This document shows, piece by piece, positions 50,129-59,979 of a stretch of DNA of 64,000 bases. The notes beneath the pieces are model-generated. The model did not search any database. It was not told the origin of the DNA and saw nothing but the letters and a program-made list of their open reading frames with translations. Origin of the DNA: Candidatus Spongiisociaceae bacterium. GTDB taxonomy: Bacteria; Actinomycetota; Acidimicrobiia; Spongiisociales; Spongiisociaceae. Both the position numbers and the translations under genes were made by a program. Position 1 is the stretch's first letter. Each line of letters begins with the position of its first letter. The stretch lies in the NCBI GenBank assembly GCA_965262915.1, contig OZ253564.1, positions 1,152,001 through 1,216,000 of the forward strand, read 5' to 3'.

Positions 50129-51327
50129 GTCGGGCCGTTCGATGGCCAGCTGCAGGCCGAGTACCGCACCCGTGTGGTACCCGTACACGTCGTAGTCGTC
50201 GTGACCCTCGGCATCGCAGACGTCGGCCACCAACCGGGCGAGGTCCGCCAGTCGGGCTCTCCGGGGACCGGCGCCGAGTCCCCGTTGCCCGGTGTGTCGA
50301 GCGAGAGGGTGGGCCGACCGGTTCCCATCGCCGTCATGAGCGGTTCGAGGCCGGCGCTCGATCCGGGCGGTGAGGCCTGCAGGAGGAGCAGGGGTCTCCC
50401 GTGCCCGGGACTGCGCCGTACCAGCATCTGGCCGACCGAAGTCGACACGTATCCGCGCCGGACAGCGCCCGGCGCCGGGGTAGCGGCACGAGGTGGGGGA
50501 GCATCGGCTAGCCGGGACCCCGCCAGAAAGGAGCGGATGAGCCCGACCAACTCGCCCCGGTCGCCGGTCCGGTGGATCCTGACCTCCGTGTTGGAGGCCG
50601 GTTCCGGCAACCGCTCAATGTGGCCGGCGAGGGGATCGTCGGGACCGACGGTGATCATGGTCGGCATGGTCAGACCGGCGAGGGCCCCGGCGGGTTCGTA
50701 CCGGAAGGAGGCGTGGTACAGCTGCCACCAGAGCGGGCCCGCCCGCAACATGTCGACCACCTTGTCGTGGAGCACCTCCGCGGAGGGCATGTCGACCCTG
50801 CGCCGGGCCTCCGGAGTCCGCCGGTACCAGGGCCAGAACAAGAGCATGTCGCGCCGGATCGCCCACGCCCTCACCAGATGGGATCCGTCCCAGCGGGGTT
50901 CCAGAGAGGGCGTGTAGTTGGCCAGCAGGTCAGTTCGCTCATCCTGGGTGTAGGTGCCCAGGGCGTTGAGGACTAAGCGATCGACGCGCTCCGGATGGCG
51001 ATAGGCGAAGTCCAGGGCCAGCGTGGCCCCCGTGTGCGATCCGTACAGGTCGACCCGCTCGAGCCGGAGCCAATCGAGGGTCTCTCCGAGAGCATCGGAG
51101 TAGTCGGCGCACGCCGGCGCGGAGAGCCCGAGACCCGCCGACTCGCCGGCTCCCGGCGCGTCGAGGGCGATCACCGTCCGGTCAGCGGCAAGGTCAGCCA
51201 TCAGGGGCTCGAGAGCAAGCGAACTACCGGGGGCGGGATGGAGGAGGACCAGCGCCGGACCACGGCCCGCCCGCCGGTAATGGACCTCCCTGCTGCCCAC
51301 GTACCCGAAATGCTTGAGCGTCGTCAC
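50129..51327 (-). pseudogene. Tandem two-domain alpha/beta hydrolase, second domain frameshifted (~50245) and truncated
   Basis: LLHPAPGSS, YGSHTGA, DGSHL, LFWPWY; second domain LDTPGNGDS then YGYHTGA in another frame. Confidence 0.8.
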
Positions 51328-51569
51328 GCCAGCCGACTCCTCCCGGTTCGTCACGGCTGTCACCCGTCCCGAGGTTGCAGCCAAGGCGCGGGTGGCATCT
51401 CGCCATCCGTCGTATGGCAGTCGCCAAGGTCGTCGGGACCGTACATACCGCCCCGCCACGGTAGTCGAGGCGCAGCCATCCCGAGCGGCTGGACGGGCCC
51501 GGCCGGGTTGTCACCTGCCGGTGGTAGCGGGCTGCAGAGGTCGCGTTCCGCAGGTGGCGGTGGATCTCC

Positions 51570-51675
51570 CTAGGGGAATGCTGAAAAACGGGTAATTGGT
51601 TGGCCTTCCGTCCGCTGACCTGGGAATTTGTCATCGACCGTCGGGCTAACCGGGGGTCTTGCAGCACTTTCCTAG
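51570..51675. mobile_element. Family A-related MITE (98 bp core)
   Basis: CTAG-GGGAATGCTGAAAAAC...GTCTTGCAGCACTTTC-CTAG; right CTAG contains the stop codon of the carboxypeptidase. Confidence 0.75.
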
Positions 51676-53156
51676 GATGCTCGTTGTGCGGATGTCGCCG
51701 GTGTGAAGGTGATGGCCGTGAACTCCTCGAACCCGTAGTCGAGCAGTACGGACACATCGCGGTAGTGTTCGTCGGAGCCGAGCACTACCGCGTATAGCCG
51801 TCTCCCGTCCCGTTCGGCGGCTGCCACCATGGTGAGAACCGCACGATTGGTAAAGCCGGTCTTGATGCCGATGGCCCCCCGGTACTGGTCCAGCAGCTTG
51901 TTGCGGTTCCTGCTCGCTCGCTCCTGACCGTCCGGGGCGGCCGGGAGGAAGATCCTTGGCGCCGCCACGATCCGGGCAAACCCCTCATCGGCCATGGCGG
52001 CCAGGGACAGCGTCAGCAGGTCGCGGGCCGAGCTGTAGTGGTCCCGGTGATCGAGACCGTGGGGATTGACGAAGTTCGAGTTCTCCAGGCCGAGGTTGCC
52101 GGCCTTGGCGTTCATCAGGGCAGCGAATCCTTCCACCGATCCGCCCACGTGTTCGGCCAGCGCCACCGCGGCATCGTTGGCGCTCCGAATTAGCAGCGCT
52201 GCCAGCAGTTCCTCGACCGTCCAGGGGTCCTCGTGGGGGATCAGGCCGATCTCCGACTCCCCCGCAAGGGTGGCCTCCTCGGAGATCTGCACCCTGTCGT
52301 CGAGTTCCGACTCCCCGAGCACCACGAGTGCGGTCACTATCTTGGTGGTGGATGCGATCGCCCGCCGGACATCGGCCTTGTATCCGGCAAGGACCTGCCC
52401 GAAGGTATCGTCGTAGAGAATCCACGCCCGGGCGGACACCTTGGGGGGCGGCGGAGCGACCAGCCCACCGTCCGCGAGCACCAGGAAGGTCCTCTCCAGG
52501 GGTATGTCGCGGGCCCGGTGGAGGAACGTGGCCATCTGTCCCCGCGTCACGTCGGTCCCCGGGCAATACCGGGACGGTCGGGTGTCACAGCCCACCGTGA
52601 TACCGGCCGTCGCCAACGAGTTGATGTTGCCGGAGTGGACGTTGCCCTCGACGTCGGTGAATCCGGCATCCTCGGCCCCTGCCCGCAGCCGGTAGGCCCT
52701 GCTGAGGAAGCTTGCCATCTGTGCCCGCGTCACGGTTTCGTAAGGGCAGTAGCGGGCGGGTTCGGTCTTGCAACCCTTGGTGACACCGACAGTCGCGATG
52801 CGGGTCACGTACGGCGCCCACCACTCGCCATCGCGCACATCGGCGAAAGGAGAGGATCCTGCCGACCCGATATCGCCATCCGCCCCGATCGCGCGGGCGA
52901 GCCACACGGCCATCACCCAACGCTGGACCGGTTCATAGGGACAGAAGAGCCGGACGCCGTCCTCGCCGCATTCCGTACCTTCCAGGATTCCATCGGCTTC
53001 CAAGGTCTCGATGGCCGGTGCGTGAAGGTTCCCGTCGTCGATGTCTCCGAAACCGCTCGCCCCGGCTACGGTCGTCAGCCCGGCAACCAGCCAGAGCAGC
53101 AAAGCCGCCACCGAGATCTCGCGGCGAATCAGTGGCTTACCGAACTTCCTGGACAC
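51672..53156 (-). CDS. D-alanyl-D-alanine carboxypeptidase (peptidase S11) with N-terminal SLH-like repeats
   Basis: ASTTK, SAND, NPHGLD, KTG; three (F/Y)CP...(T/Q)R..MA repeats; signal peptide. Confidence 0.9.
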   Translation of the reverse strand: MSRKFGKPLIRREISVAALLLWLVAGLTTVAGASGFGDIDDGNLHAPAIETLEADGILEGTECGEDGVRLFCPYEPVQRWVMAVWLARAIGADGDIGSAGSSPFADVRDGEWWAPYVTRIATVGVTKGCKTEPARYCPYETVTRAQMASFLSRAYRLRAGAEDAGFTDVEGNVHSGNINSLATAGITVGCDTRPSRYCPGTDVTRGQMATFLHRARDIPLERTFLVLADGGLVAPPPPKVSARAWILYDDTFGQVLAGYKADVRRAIASTTKIVTALVVLGESELDDRVQISEEATLAGESEIGLIPHEDPWTVEELLAALLIRSANDAAVALAEHVGGSVEGFAALMNAKAGNLGLENSNFVNPHGLDHRDHYSSARDLLTLSLAAMADEGFARIVAAPRIFLPAAPDGQERASRNRNKLLDQYRGAIGIKTGFTNRAVLTMVAAAERDGRRLYAVVLGSDEHYRDVSVLLDYGFEEFTAITFTPATSAQRAS

Positions 53157-53335
53157 TTGCCTTCCTCCCCGGGTACCGGGTTACGCCATGCATCTCCGCC
53201 GAGCGAACCGAGCGTTCCGTCCCTCGTTGACACCAATCGAAGGTCCACACGGGTACCTCCGCCGCGATTTCCACTATCGAGAGCTTCATCGGGCTACGTG
53301 ATGCCGGATCGCGATCCCCGGTCCGCGGGCCGCTG

Positions 53336-55708
53336 TCAACTACGGCGCGCCTGGGAGGTGCGTGTCGAGGCAGCGGTCTCATGGAGCGCCGGCGCAACCT
53401 TTCTGAATAGCCGCCAAGCGCCGTCGACATCGAGGAGTCGGGCGCCTGCAGACTCGTACGAGAGCGTCTTGTCGAGCACCCAGTCCCATTTGTCTATCTC
53501 CCGATTCTCGATCACCGCAGCCAACCCGGCGGTCGTAGGAGGTGGGTTCTCTAGGAACTGACCGATCACCTCTGCTACCTCGTCGGGGCCGGTCCCGCAT
53601 ATCCGGATGGCGGGGCCTTCGACGCCCACTTTGATTCCTGCCTGATGCAGGGCGATCATCGCGGTATACAGGGCGCGATCGCCGGTCCATGGAAACAGCA
53701 GGACATCCCCGCCATCCCGGACCACGGTTCGCTTGCCCAGCCGGAATTGCTTGAACGCGGCCCGACCCTCGGCGAGCAGGTCCCTCGCGCCGGCGTCGAG
53801 CCATGTCGGGGTTTCGGTCGACGCGTAGACGGCCAGCATCTCCGCCCGAACCTCATTCGACACCGCGGGACCATGGCTGCCGGAGAAGAGGGGGGCGCCG
53901 CCAGTGGATTGTTCGAGCTCGACCACCCGGGCCGGTTTGTCGATGCCTGTCACCTTCCAGCGCTTCCCGGCGAAGATCATCAGCATCCCTTCCCGGAGGG
54001 GCTGGTAGATGGGGATCGTACCCAGAGTCCTACCACCGGTCACGACCCGCCATTCGTCGGCAGTGTGGAACGCGACATAGAAGCGGTAGTGGTTGACGTG
54101 GCGTTCGCCGACCACCCCGTGCAGCAGCTGCCCGTCGGAGGATTGGATCAGAAGATCGTGGGACGCCATGGCTCGGAGCAACCGGACGAACCGAGCCTGG
54201 TCGACGAGGTGGAAGGGACCCGGCCCGCACAGGGCGCGATACAGGTCGGCCGCCCTCGCTCCGCCGTGCTGGGCGATGGTCGACATGATCTGCTGGATCA
54301 GCGTCGAGTAATTGAATCCGGGATCGTCGGCGGATTCGAGCCACCTCTGGAGCATGAGGCGCACCATGGCGGTCGTCTGCACGACCCCGCAGCGCAGCCG
54401 GTCGACCGGGAGGGACCGCTCGTCGAGGGATGGTTCGCTGATGTAGAGGCGCAGCAGGGCCGGGTCGTCGCGGCGGCCCGATCTCCCCAGCCGCTGCCAG
54501 AGGGATGCGACCGATGGCGGCGGGCCTATCTGAGCCACGCTCGTTACCGAGCCGATGTCGATTCCCAGCTCGAGCGTGGACGTGCTCACCGCGGTCGCCG
54601 GTCGGGTTCGGTCCTTCATCTGCGCTTCGGCCGCCTCGCGCAGTTCCTTGGACAGGTTGCCGTGATGCGGCCAGAACTCGTTGGGGACCCGCTCCCGGTC
54701 ACTTCGACGGGCGAGCAGGTCGGCGTAGGTCTCCACGTGATTGCGCGTGTTGGCGAACACCAGGTTGTCCTGGCCGCGCAGATGCCTGAACAGGTGCTCG
54801 GCTATCTCTGTCGCGTCCCCGTTCACCGTCTCTTCGACAGCTACTTCGCGGCCGGCCCGCTCGGCGTTTTCGGCCTGGTGGGGTGATACCGGTGGCGGGG
54901 TGGCCACGTACCCGCGCAGCTGCAGCATCAACCCCCGGCCGTCCGACTTCGACTCAACTATCAGGACCTGCTCCGGGTCGGTCGGGCGGAGAAACGCGGT
55001 GGCCTGATTCATGTCGCCGAGGGTTGCCGACAGCCCGATACGGGGTGGTCGTAGGCGGACCGCCAGCTCGACACGGTTCATCAGCGACTGCAGTTGGACT
55101 CCCCGTTGCGTGGCCAGGAAGGAGTGGAGCTCGTCGATCACGATGTAGCGCAACCCGACGAACAGCCTCGGCACGAGGGAGCCCCGGTTGACGAAGGTCG
55201 ACTCCAAAGACTCGGGAGTTATGAGCAGTACACCGGACGGTCGGGCTATCAGGCTCTGCTTCGCCGCCGCCGAGACGTCCCCGTGCCAGCGATGCACGGG
55301 GACATCCACCCGTTCGCAGATCCGTTCCAGGCGTTGATACTGATCGTTGATCAGGGCCTTCAGCGGCGAAAGGTACAGAGCCTGCACCCCGACGGAGGGT
55401 CCGGTCGCCGGTTCCGCCCACGGGTCGTAGGCCGTCCACGGATCTCGTTCCCCCGATGTCGGCTGGTCGGTGGCGCCGGCAAGGGTCGACAGGATAGGGA
55501 GGAAGGCGGCTTCGGTCTTTCCGGAGGCGGTCGCCGCGGCGATGATCAAATCACGGTCACCGTCAATGATCGGACCGATGGCGCGCTCCTGGGCGTCGTG
55601 CAGCGAGGTCCACCCCTGGTCGTATATCCAGCGCTGTATCCGAGGATGCAGCCGGGTGAACGCCGACGACGGGGCAGCTTCAGAGACGGAAGTGGGTGAG
55701 ATGGTCAT
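53336..55708 (-). CDS. sngC: Lhr-like DEAD/DEAH helicase (Shango SngC-like)
   Basis: TASGKT, SPLKAL, DELH, SAT, TLELGIDIG, QRLGRSGRR. Confidence 0.85.
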   Translation of the reverse strand: MTISPTSVSEAAPSSAFTRLHPRIQRWIYDQGWTSLHDAQERAIGPIIDGDRDLIIAAATASGKTEAAFLPILSTLAGATDQPTSGERDPWTAYDPWAEPATGPSVGVQALYLSPLKALINDQYQRLERICERVDVPVHRWHGDVSAAAKQSLIARPSGVLLITPESLESTFVNRGSLVPRLFVGLRYIVIDELHSFLATQRGVQLQSLMNRVELAVRLRPPRIGLSATLGDMNQATAFLRPTDPEQVLIVESKSDGRGLMLQLRGYVATPPPVSPHQAENAERAGREVAVEETVNGDATEIAEHLFRHLRGQDNLVFANTRNHVETYADLLARRSDRERVPNEFWPHHGNLSKELREAAEAQMKDRTRPATAVSTSTLELGIDIGSVTSVAQIGPPPSVASLWQRLGRSGRRDDPALLRLYISEPSLDERSLPVDRLRCGVVQTTAMVRLMLQRWLESADDPGFNYSTLIQQIMSTIAQHGGARAADLYRALCGPGPFHLVDQARFVRLLRAMASHDLLIQSSDGQLLHGVVGERHVNHYRFYVAFHTADEWRVVTGGRTLGTIPIYQPLREGMLMIFAGKRWKVTGIDKPARVVELEQSTGGAPLFSGSHGPAVSNEVRAEMLAVYASTETPTWLDAGARDLLAEGRAAFKQFRLGKRTVVRDGGDVLLFPWTGDRALYTAMIALHQAGIKVGVEGPAIRICGTGPDEVAEVIGQFLENPPPTTAGLAAVIENREIDKWDWVLDKTLSYESAGARLLDVDGAWRLFRKVAPALHETAASTRTSQARRS

Positions 55709-57035
55709 CGTCGGGTGCTGGTCTCGGGATGGACGGCGGGGCGCCGTTGCCACTCTTGAGCGGTGCGAGGTCCGGATTGGTCTCCGCTTCGATCTCGACC
55801 CGGTCGATCAGATCGGACCAGTTCACGCCGGGGTTCTGGGCGAGCACCGAGAGGAGGTTCACGAACTCCTTGATGGTGGTCCGCGGTGTGCGGAAGTAGG
55901 CGTCACCCACACGCGACGCGCAATGGTCCATGAAGGCGGGCAAGGCTTCGTCGGGTACGAGGTAGGCGTCCGGATCGCCGCTCGCGAACACGTGCCGGAG
56001 TTTGGTGAGCAGCACGTAAATATCCTCGGGGGACAGGTTGGCGAGGCGCAATACCGGACCGGAGAAGTCAACGAGCCCCTTACGGGCGAAAGTGTTCTCG
56101 GCAAGACGTGACTGCAGGGCCGGGTACGAGTAGAGGCCGCGCCGGGTGTCTAACAGCATGTCCGGAGTGCCGCCGAACACGAACCCGAGCCCGGCAGCCG
56201 AACCCTGCAGGCAGTCGTTGAGGATGCGAAGCACCTGTTCGTAGTTGGAGTTGCGGGCCCTGGTATGCGACATCTTGTACAGATTCACCATCTCGTCCAG
56301 GCAGACGAGGAGGCCTGAGAACCCGGCCAGACGGACGAACCGCGCGAACAGCTTGAGATGGTCGTAGAAGCTCCGGTCGTCGATGATGGTGCGCACTCCG
56401 AGCGCTTGCCGTGAGTCGGTGCGGGTCGAGAACTCGCCGCGTAGCCAGCGCACCACATCGGAGCGCAGTTGTTCGTTGCCGTTGTCATGGGCGCGCCAGT
56501 AGGCGGCGATTACTTCGGCGAAGTCGTATCCGCCGACCATCTCCTGGAGATCGGCAAGCCGTTCACGGATTACCGTCTCCGGGCTGATGTCTCGGGAGCG
56601 GGCGGCGCTCAGACCGGCCGTGATGAACCGTTCCACCACCGACGGCATCGCGCCGCCCTCCGGCTTCGCTCGCGTCGACAGGTTGCGCATCAGCTCGGCG
56701 TACAGACCGCGCGCCTGACCGCCGGTCGCGTAGAGGCGGCGTTCGGGTGACAGGTCGGCGTGGACGGTGACGAGCTTTCGTTCGAGCGCGATTGAACGGA
56801 CCAGGTTCAGGAAGAAGGACTTTCCGGCCCCGTACTCGCCGATCACGAGACGGATCGCCGAACCGCTGTCGGCGATCCGGTCGATGTCAGCGACCACAGC
56901 GGCCACTTCGTCGGCGCGTCCGACCTGGATGTGTTGCTGGCCGACCCGTGGTACGACGCCGGCCCGCAAGGACTGGATGATCGCGTCGCGGTCCCGCGGG
57001 CGGATACGGCCGGTGGGACGGGTTAGGGATGTCAA
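55680..57035 (-). CDS. sngB: DUF2791/BrxD-like P-loop ATPase (Shango SngB-like)
   Basis: QSLRAGVVP, GEYGAGKS, CLDEMVNL, YPALQSRL. Confidence 0.87.
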   Translation of the reverse strand: MTSLTRPTGRIRPRDRDAIIQSLRAGVVPRVGQQHIQVGRADEVAAVVADIDRIADSGSAIRLVIGEYGAGKSFFLNLVRSIALERKLVTVHADLSPERRLYATGGQARGLYAELMRNLSTRAKPEGGAMPSVVERFITAGLSAARSRDISPETVIRERLADLQEMVGGYDFAEVIAAYWRAHDNGNEQLRSDVVRWLRGEFSTRTDSRQALGVRTIIDDRSFYDHLKLFARFVRLAGFSGLLVCLDEMVNLYKMSHTRARNSNYEQVLRILNDCLQGSAAGLGFVFGGTPDMLLDTRRGLYSYPALQSRLAENTFARKGLVDFSGPVLRLANLSPEDIYVLLTKLRHVFASGDPDAYLVPDEALPAFMDHCASRVGDAYFRTPRTTIKEFVNLLSVLAQNPGVNWSDLIDRVEIEAETNPDLAPLKSGNGAPPSIPRPAPDDDHLTHFRL

Positions 57036-59227
57036 GTCAGTTCCTCCACAGCGTAGGCATTGAGTACCACAGGGTTGTCACCCTCTACAAGAGGTTCGCC
57101 GCAGGCTTCCATTGCGGCTTCGTTGATCACGTCGATAGCGCCGTCGAGGAACGGCAATCCGAACGAATCGGCCATCTCCTCGGCGAAGCGGCGCTCCCAC
57201 TCCGATCGGGAGGCGAGGGCCGCAAGGAGCCGCGAATGCGGCCCGTCAAGACCCTCGATCATCGATCTGGGTTCCGAGCCGGGCGTACGGGATTCCGTCT
57301 CCGGTGGTGGGTCGTCGTCTACGAAGATGTCGGTCAGCAGGTTCGACACACGGTCCGTCTCGGCCAGACGGGCTTGGATCTTTGCAGGGTCCAGGGCTAC
57401 GGGACGGCGCCGCGCGGCAATCGTGCCGGGGTTGGGAAGTTCCCAACCAGTGTTGGGCGCCCCCTCTCGAACGGTGACCGGGCCGGTATCCCCCAGGTCG
57501 AGAGTATGGGCGCGGCTATACAGGTGGGATTCGTCGAGGCCCATATGTTCGAACAACCTTTCCAGGACGGCGATCTCTTTGTGATTGACGACCCCGTCGG
57601 CGGCTGCAAGCTCGATCAGAAGACTTCCGACTTTCGGCAGATCGTCGGGTTCCATCGCCTTTATCTTGCGTTTGATGCCGTACATACGGGGTTTTCGCAC
57701 ACCGAGCAATGCCAAGTGCGCTTGCAGCCTGGCCCGATCGGCGGTATCAAGCCCGGTGATCCCTTCCAATCGTTCAGCGAGAAACCGGTGTTCGAAGGAG
57801 TTGATCTTCCCGTCCGCTGCGGCCACTATCGCACTCAGATACACCAGCGACAGGGCGGCGCCGTACAAAGTGGGTTTCGCCCGCCCACCCTCGGGAAGCG
57901 AGAACAACACCGCATGCGTACCCGGACTTGGAGTAGGCGCACCGAAACGGACGTCGGGTTCGATTCCCACCTCGACGTTGGCGAGCATGGACGCCAGAGC
58001 AGAGGCGTCGGTCTTGGTGAGTTTCGAGGTGTGGCCGGGTGACCACATTTCCACCAGTTCATCGAGGAAAACCACCGCCCGCGGCCTACCGGCCAGTTGT
58101 TCCGATGTCCAGGCCCGGAGACCCTTGAGGATCGGACCACCGTGCTCGACAAGCAACACGTCGGGTAACAGCCCGACCGCGGCCGGGGTCCCGACCCAAT
58201 CAGGGTGGCGCCCGATCAAGCGGCTGTAGGCATCGAGTTCATTGTCGCATTGCTTGGCCAACTCGTTCAGCTCGGTGATCAGCGCCGGTTCGAGCGTTAC
58301 GTCAGGAATCCTGTCGAGGGTGATGAACACGCCTCCGTCGAATCCGGAGGATGTGGCCCGGTACGAGAGCCTGATCTTCCTCGCCGGTCGTGGCACCCGG
58401 AGACCCGGTCCGAACCGCGCCCTGTAACGTATGCCGAACAGTTCGTCGAACTCGGCGGCAGCGCGCTTGGCCGGTGTTCGTAGCCGCCCCTCGGGATGGT
58501 GCCGGAGGTAACTGAGGGCCCATTCGGCCGGGATGGCGGACCGTTCCGAAACATACTTGCCGATGCAGACTCGAACCGCGGCCGGTACGCCGAGCTTTGC
58601 GCGACCGGAATCCCATGGGACCGGTTGTGCGTCAGTGTTCACCGACAGCACGCCTTCCACGAAATCCAGCAGTTGACCCGCGCTCCCAGCGAATGAATGC
58701 TCCTCGCGGTAGATGCCTAGGAGACGTTCGATCTCGGCCAGGATGATCGCGACCTCCGGAAGGTGGAGGTCGGCGCCAAGGTCGGCGAACAGACGCCGTT
58801 CGAGCCCGTAGAAGAACAAGAACACGTAACCGATGTAGGCGGACCTGTCCTGGCGACCCCCGGCCAGCCACTTGAGATAGGCGGCCCGAACGCGCGGGTT
58901 GGCTCGTCCGTACGACGGGTCGTGATGCATGGAAGCTCCGGTGCGATCCGCGCTTTTCCAGTTGACCGGAAGCCGAGGATCGATGAGGCTTGGCTCGGGT
59001 CCGCGTCCGTTCGCCGCCAGGGCGCCGTTGCCGATGTAGACCATCCCGCCTTCGATCGAACGGCCGGCCACGTCGATCTTCCCACCGGGTGGGACCCAGG
59101 TTGCCGGACCTCGCTTGGATCGCTTCCCTGACCACCGAAGCGGGCCGCTGTCCCACCAGTAAGGCGTCGGCGGGCCGCGCTTCGTGTTCCGTTCGGGACG
59201 GTTTGTCCCACGCTCGGGCCGGCTCAC
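57032..59227 (-). CDS. sngA: TerB-N/TerB/TerB-C domain protein (Shango SngA-like); start approximate
   Basis: YLKWLAGGR, IGYVFLFFYGLERR, AAADG..(N)..E twice, GAIDVINE. Confidence 0.85.
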   Translation of the reverse strand: MSRPERGTNRPERNTKRGPPTPYWWDSGPLRWSGKRSKRGPATWVPPGGKIDVAGRSIEGGMVYIGNGALAANGRGPEPSLIDPRLPVNWKSADRTGASMHHDPSYGRANPRVRAAYLKWLAGGRQDRSAYIGYVFLFFYGLERRLFADLGADLHLPEVAIILAEIERLLGIYREEHSFAGSAGQLLDFVEGVLSVNTDAQPVPWDSGRAKLGVPAAVRVCIGKYVSERSAIPAEWALSYLRHHPEGRLRTPAKRAAAEFDELFGIRYRARFGPGLRVPRPARKIRLSYRATSSGFDGGVFITLDRIPDVTLEPALITELNELAKQCDNELDAYSRLIGRHPDWVGTPAAVGLLPDVLLVEHGGPILKGLRAWTSEQLAGRPRAVVFLDELVEMWSPGHTSKLTKTDASALASMLANVEVGIEPDVRFGAPTPSPGTHAVLFSLPEGGRAKPTLYGAALSLVYLSAIVAAADGKINSFEHRFLAERLEGITGLDTADRARLQAHLALLGVRKPRMYGIKRKIKAMEPDDLPKVGSLLIELAAADGVVNHKEIAVLERLFEHMGLDESHLYSRAHTLDLGDTGPVTVREGAPNTGWELPNPGTIAARRRPVALDPAKIQARLAETDRVSNLLTDIFVDDDPPPETESRTPGSEPRSMIEGLDGPHSRLLAALASRSEWERRFAEEMADSFGLPFLDGAIDVINEAAMEACGEPLVEGDNPVVLNAYAVEELT

Positions 59228-59349
59228 AACCCCCCTTTCAGGTACCGCCTGTCGGCTAGAGGGGAAGTGCCCGATCGGCATGCCGCCGTGACAACCGACC
59301 ATTATGGTACAAATCCGATGACTCTGAAGCCTTGGTGTATACTGAACCA

Positions 59350-59574
59350 ATGCGGCGTATACAGCTATACATGGACGATGACCTCGATGAAGCGCTATCC
59401 GGCGAGGCGGCTCGTCTGGGCGTCTCCCGTTCGGAGCTCGTGCGAGACGCAGTGAGGGTCTCGCTACGCGGCTTTCTCGACGCTGATCGCGATGCGGTCG
59501 ACGATCTGATCGGCTGGATCGACGTGGAGCCGGACGACGATATCGATTCGGTGGTCTACGGGCTCGAAGAGTGA
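59350..59574 (+). CDS. vapB: RHH/CopG antitoxin (VapB)
   Basis: MRRIQLYMD...GVSRSELVRDAV; TATACT 6 nt upstream (leaderless). Confidence 0.85.
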   Translation: MRRIQLYMDDDLDEALSGEAARLGVSRSELVRDAVRVSLRGFLDADRDAVDDLIGWIDVEPDDDIDSVVYGLEE

Positions 59575-59972
59575 GGTTCGCCGATACATCGTTCTGGGTC
59601 GGCCTCCAAGTCGCGCGAGACCGCCGACATGCCGACGCAGTCGAGCTATGGCAGCGTGATCGCAGGCCCGTGCGGACTTCCAACCTCGTCCTCGGCGAGA
59701 CATGGACGTGGCTACGGCGAAGAGCCGGTCACCCGGCAGCCGTGCGCTTTCTGGAAACGCTCGCGCAGTCCAGGCGCGTATCGGTGGTGACAGTGGACGA
59801 GACCATAGATCAGCAGGCGTGGGTATGGCTTCGCCGCCACGACGAGCGGAAGTACTCGTATGTGGATGCCACGAGCTTCGCGATCATGCGCCGCGAGCGC
59901 ATCACCGAAGCGTTGGCGTTCGACGGTGATTTCACCGCGGCGGGCTTCGTCGAGGCCCGACCTCACCGATGA
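59571..59972 (+). CDS. vapC: PIN domain toxin (VapC)
   Basis: FADTS, VLGET, SYVDATSF, FDGDF. Confidence 0.92.
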   Translation: MRFADTSFWVGLQVARDRRHADAVELWQRDRRPVRTSNLVLGETWTWLRRRAGHPAAVRFLETLAQSRRVSVVTVDETIDQQAWVWLRRHDERKYSYVDATSFAIMRRERITEALAFDGDFTAAGFVEARPHR

Positions 59973-59979
59973 TCTTCCC

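Noticed and set aside
59228-59683. N-terminal extension of the TerB ORF to 59683
   Set aside because: Overlaps vapBC on the opposite strand; low-complexity Arg-rich translation
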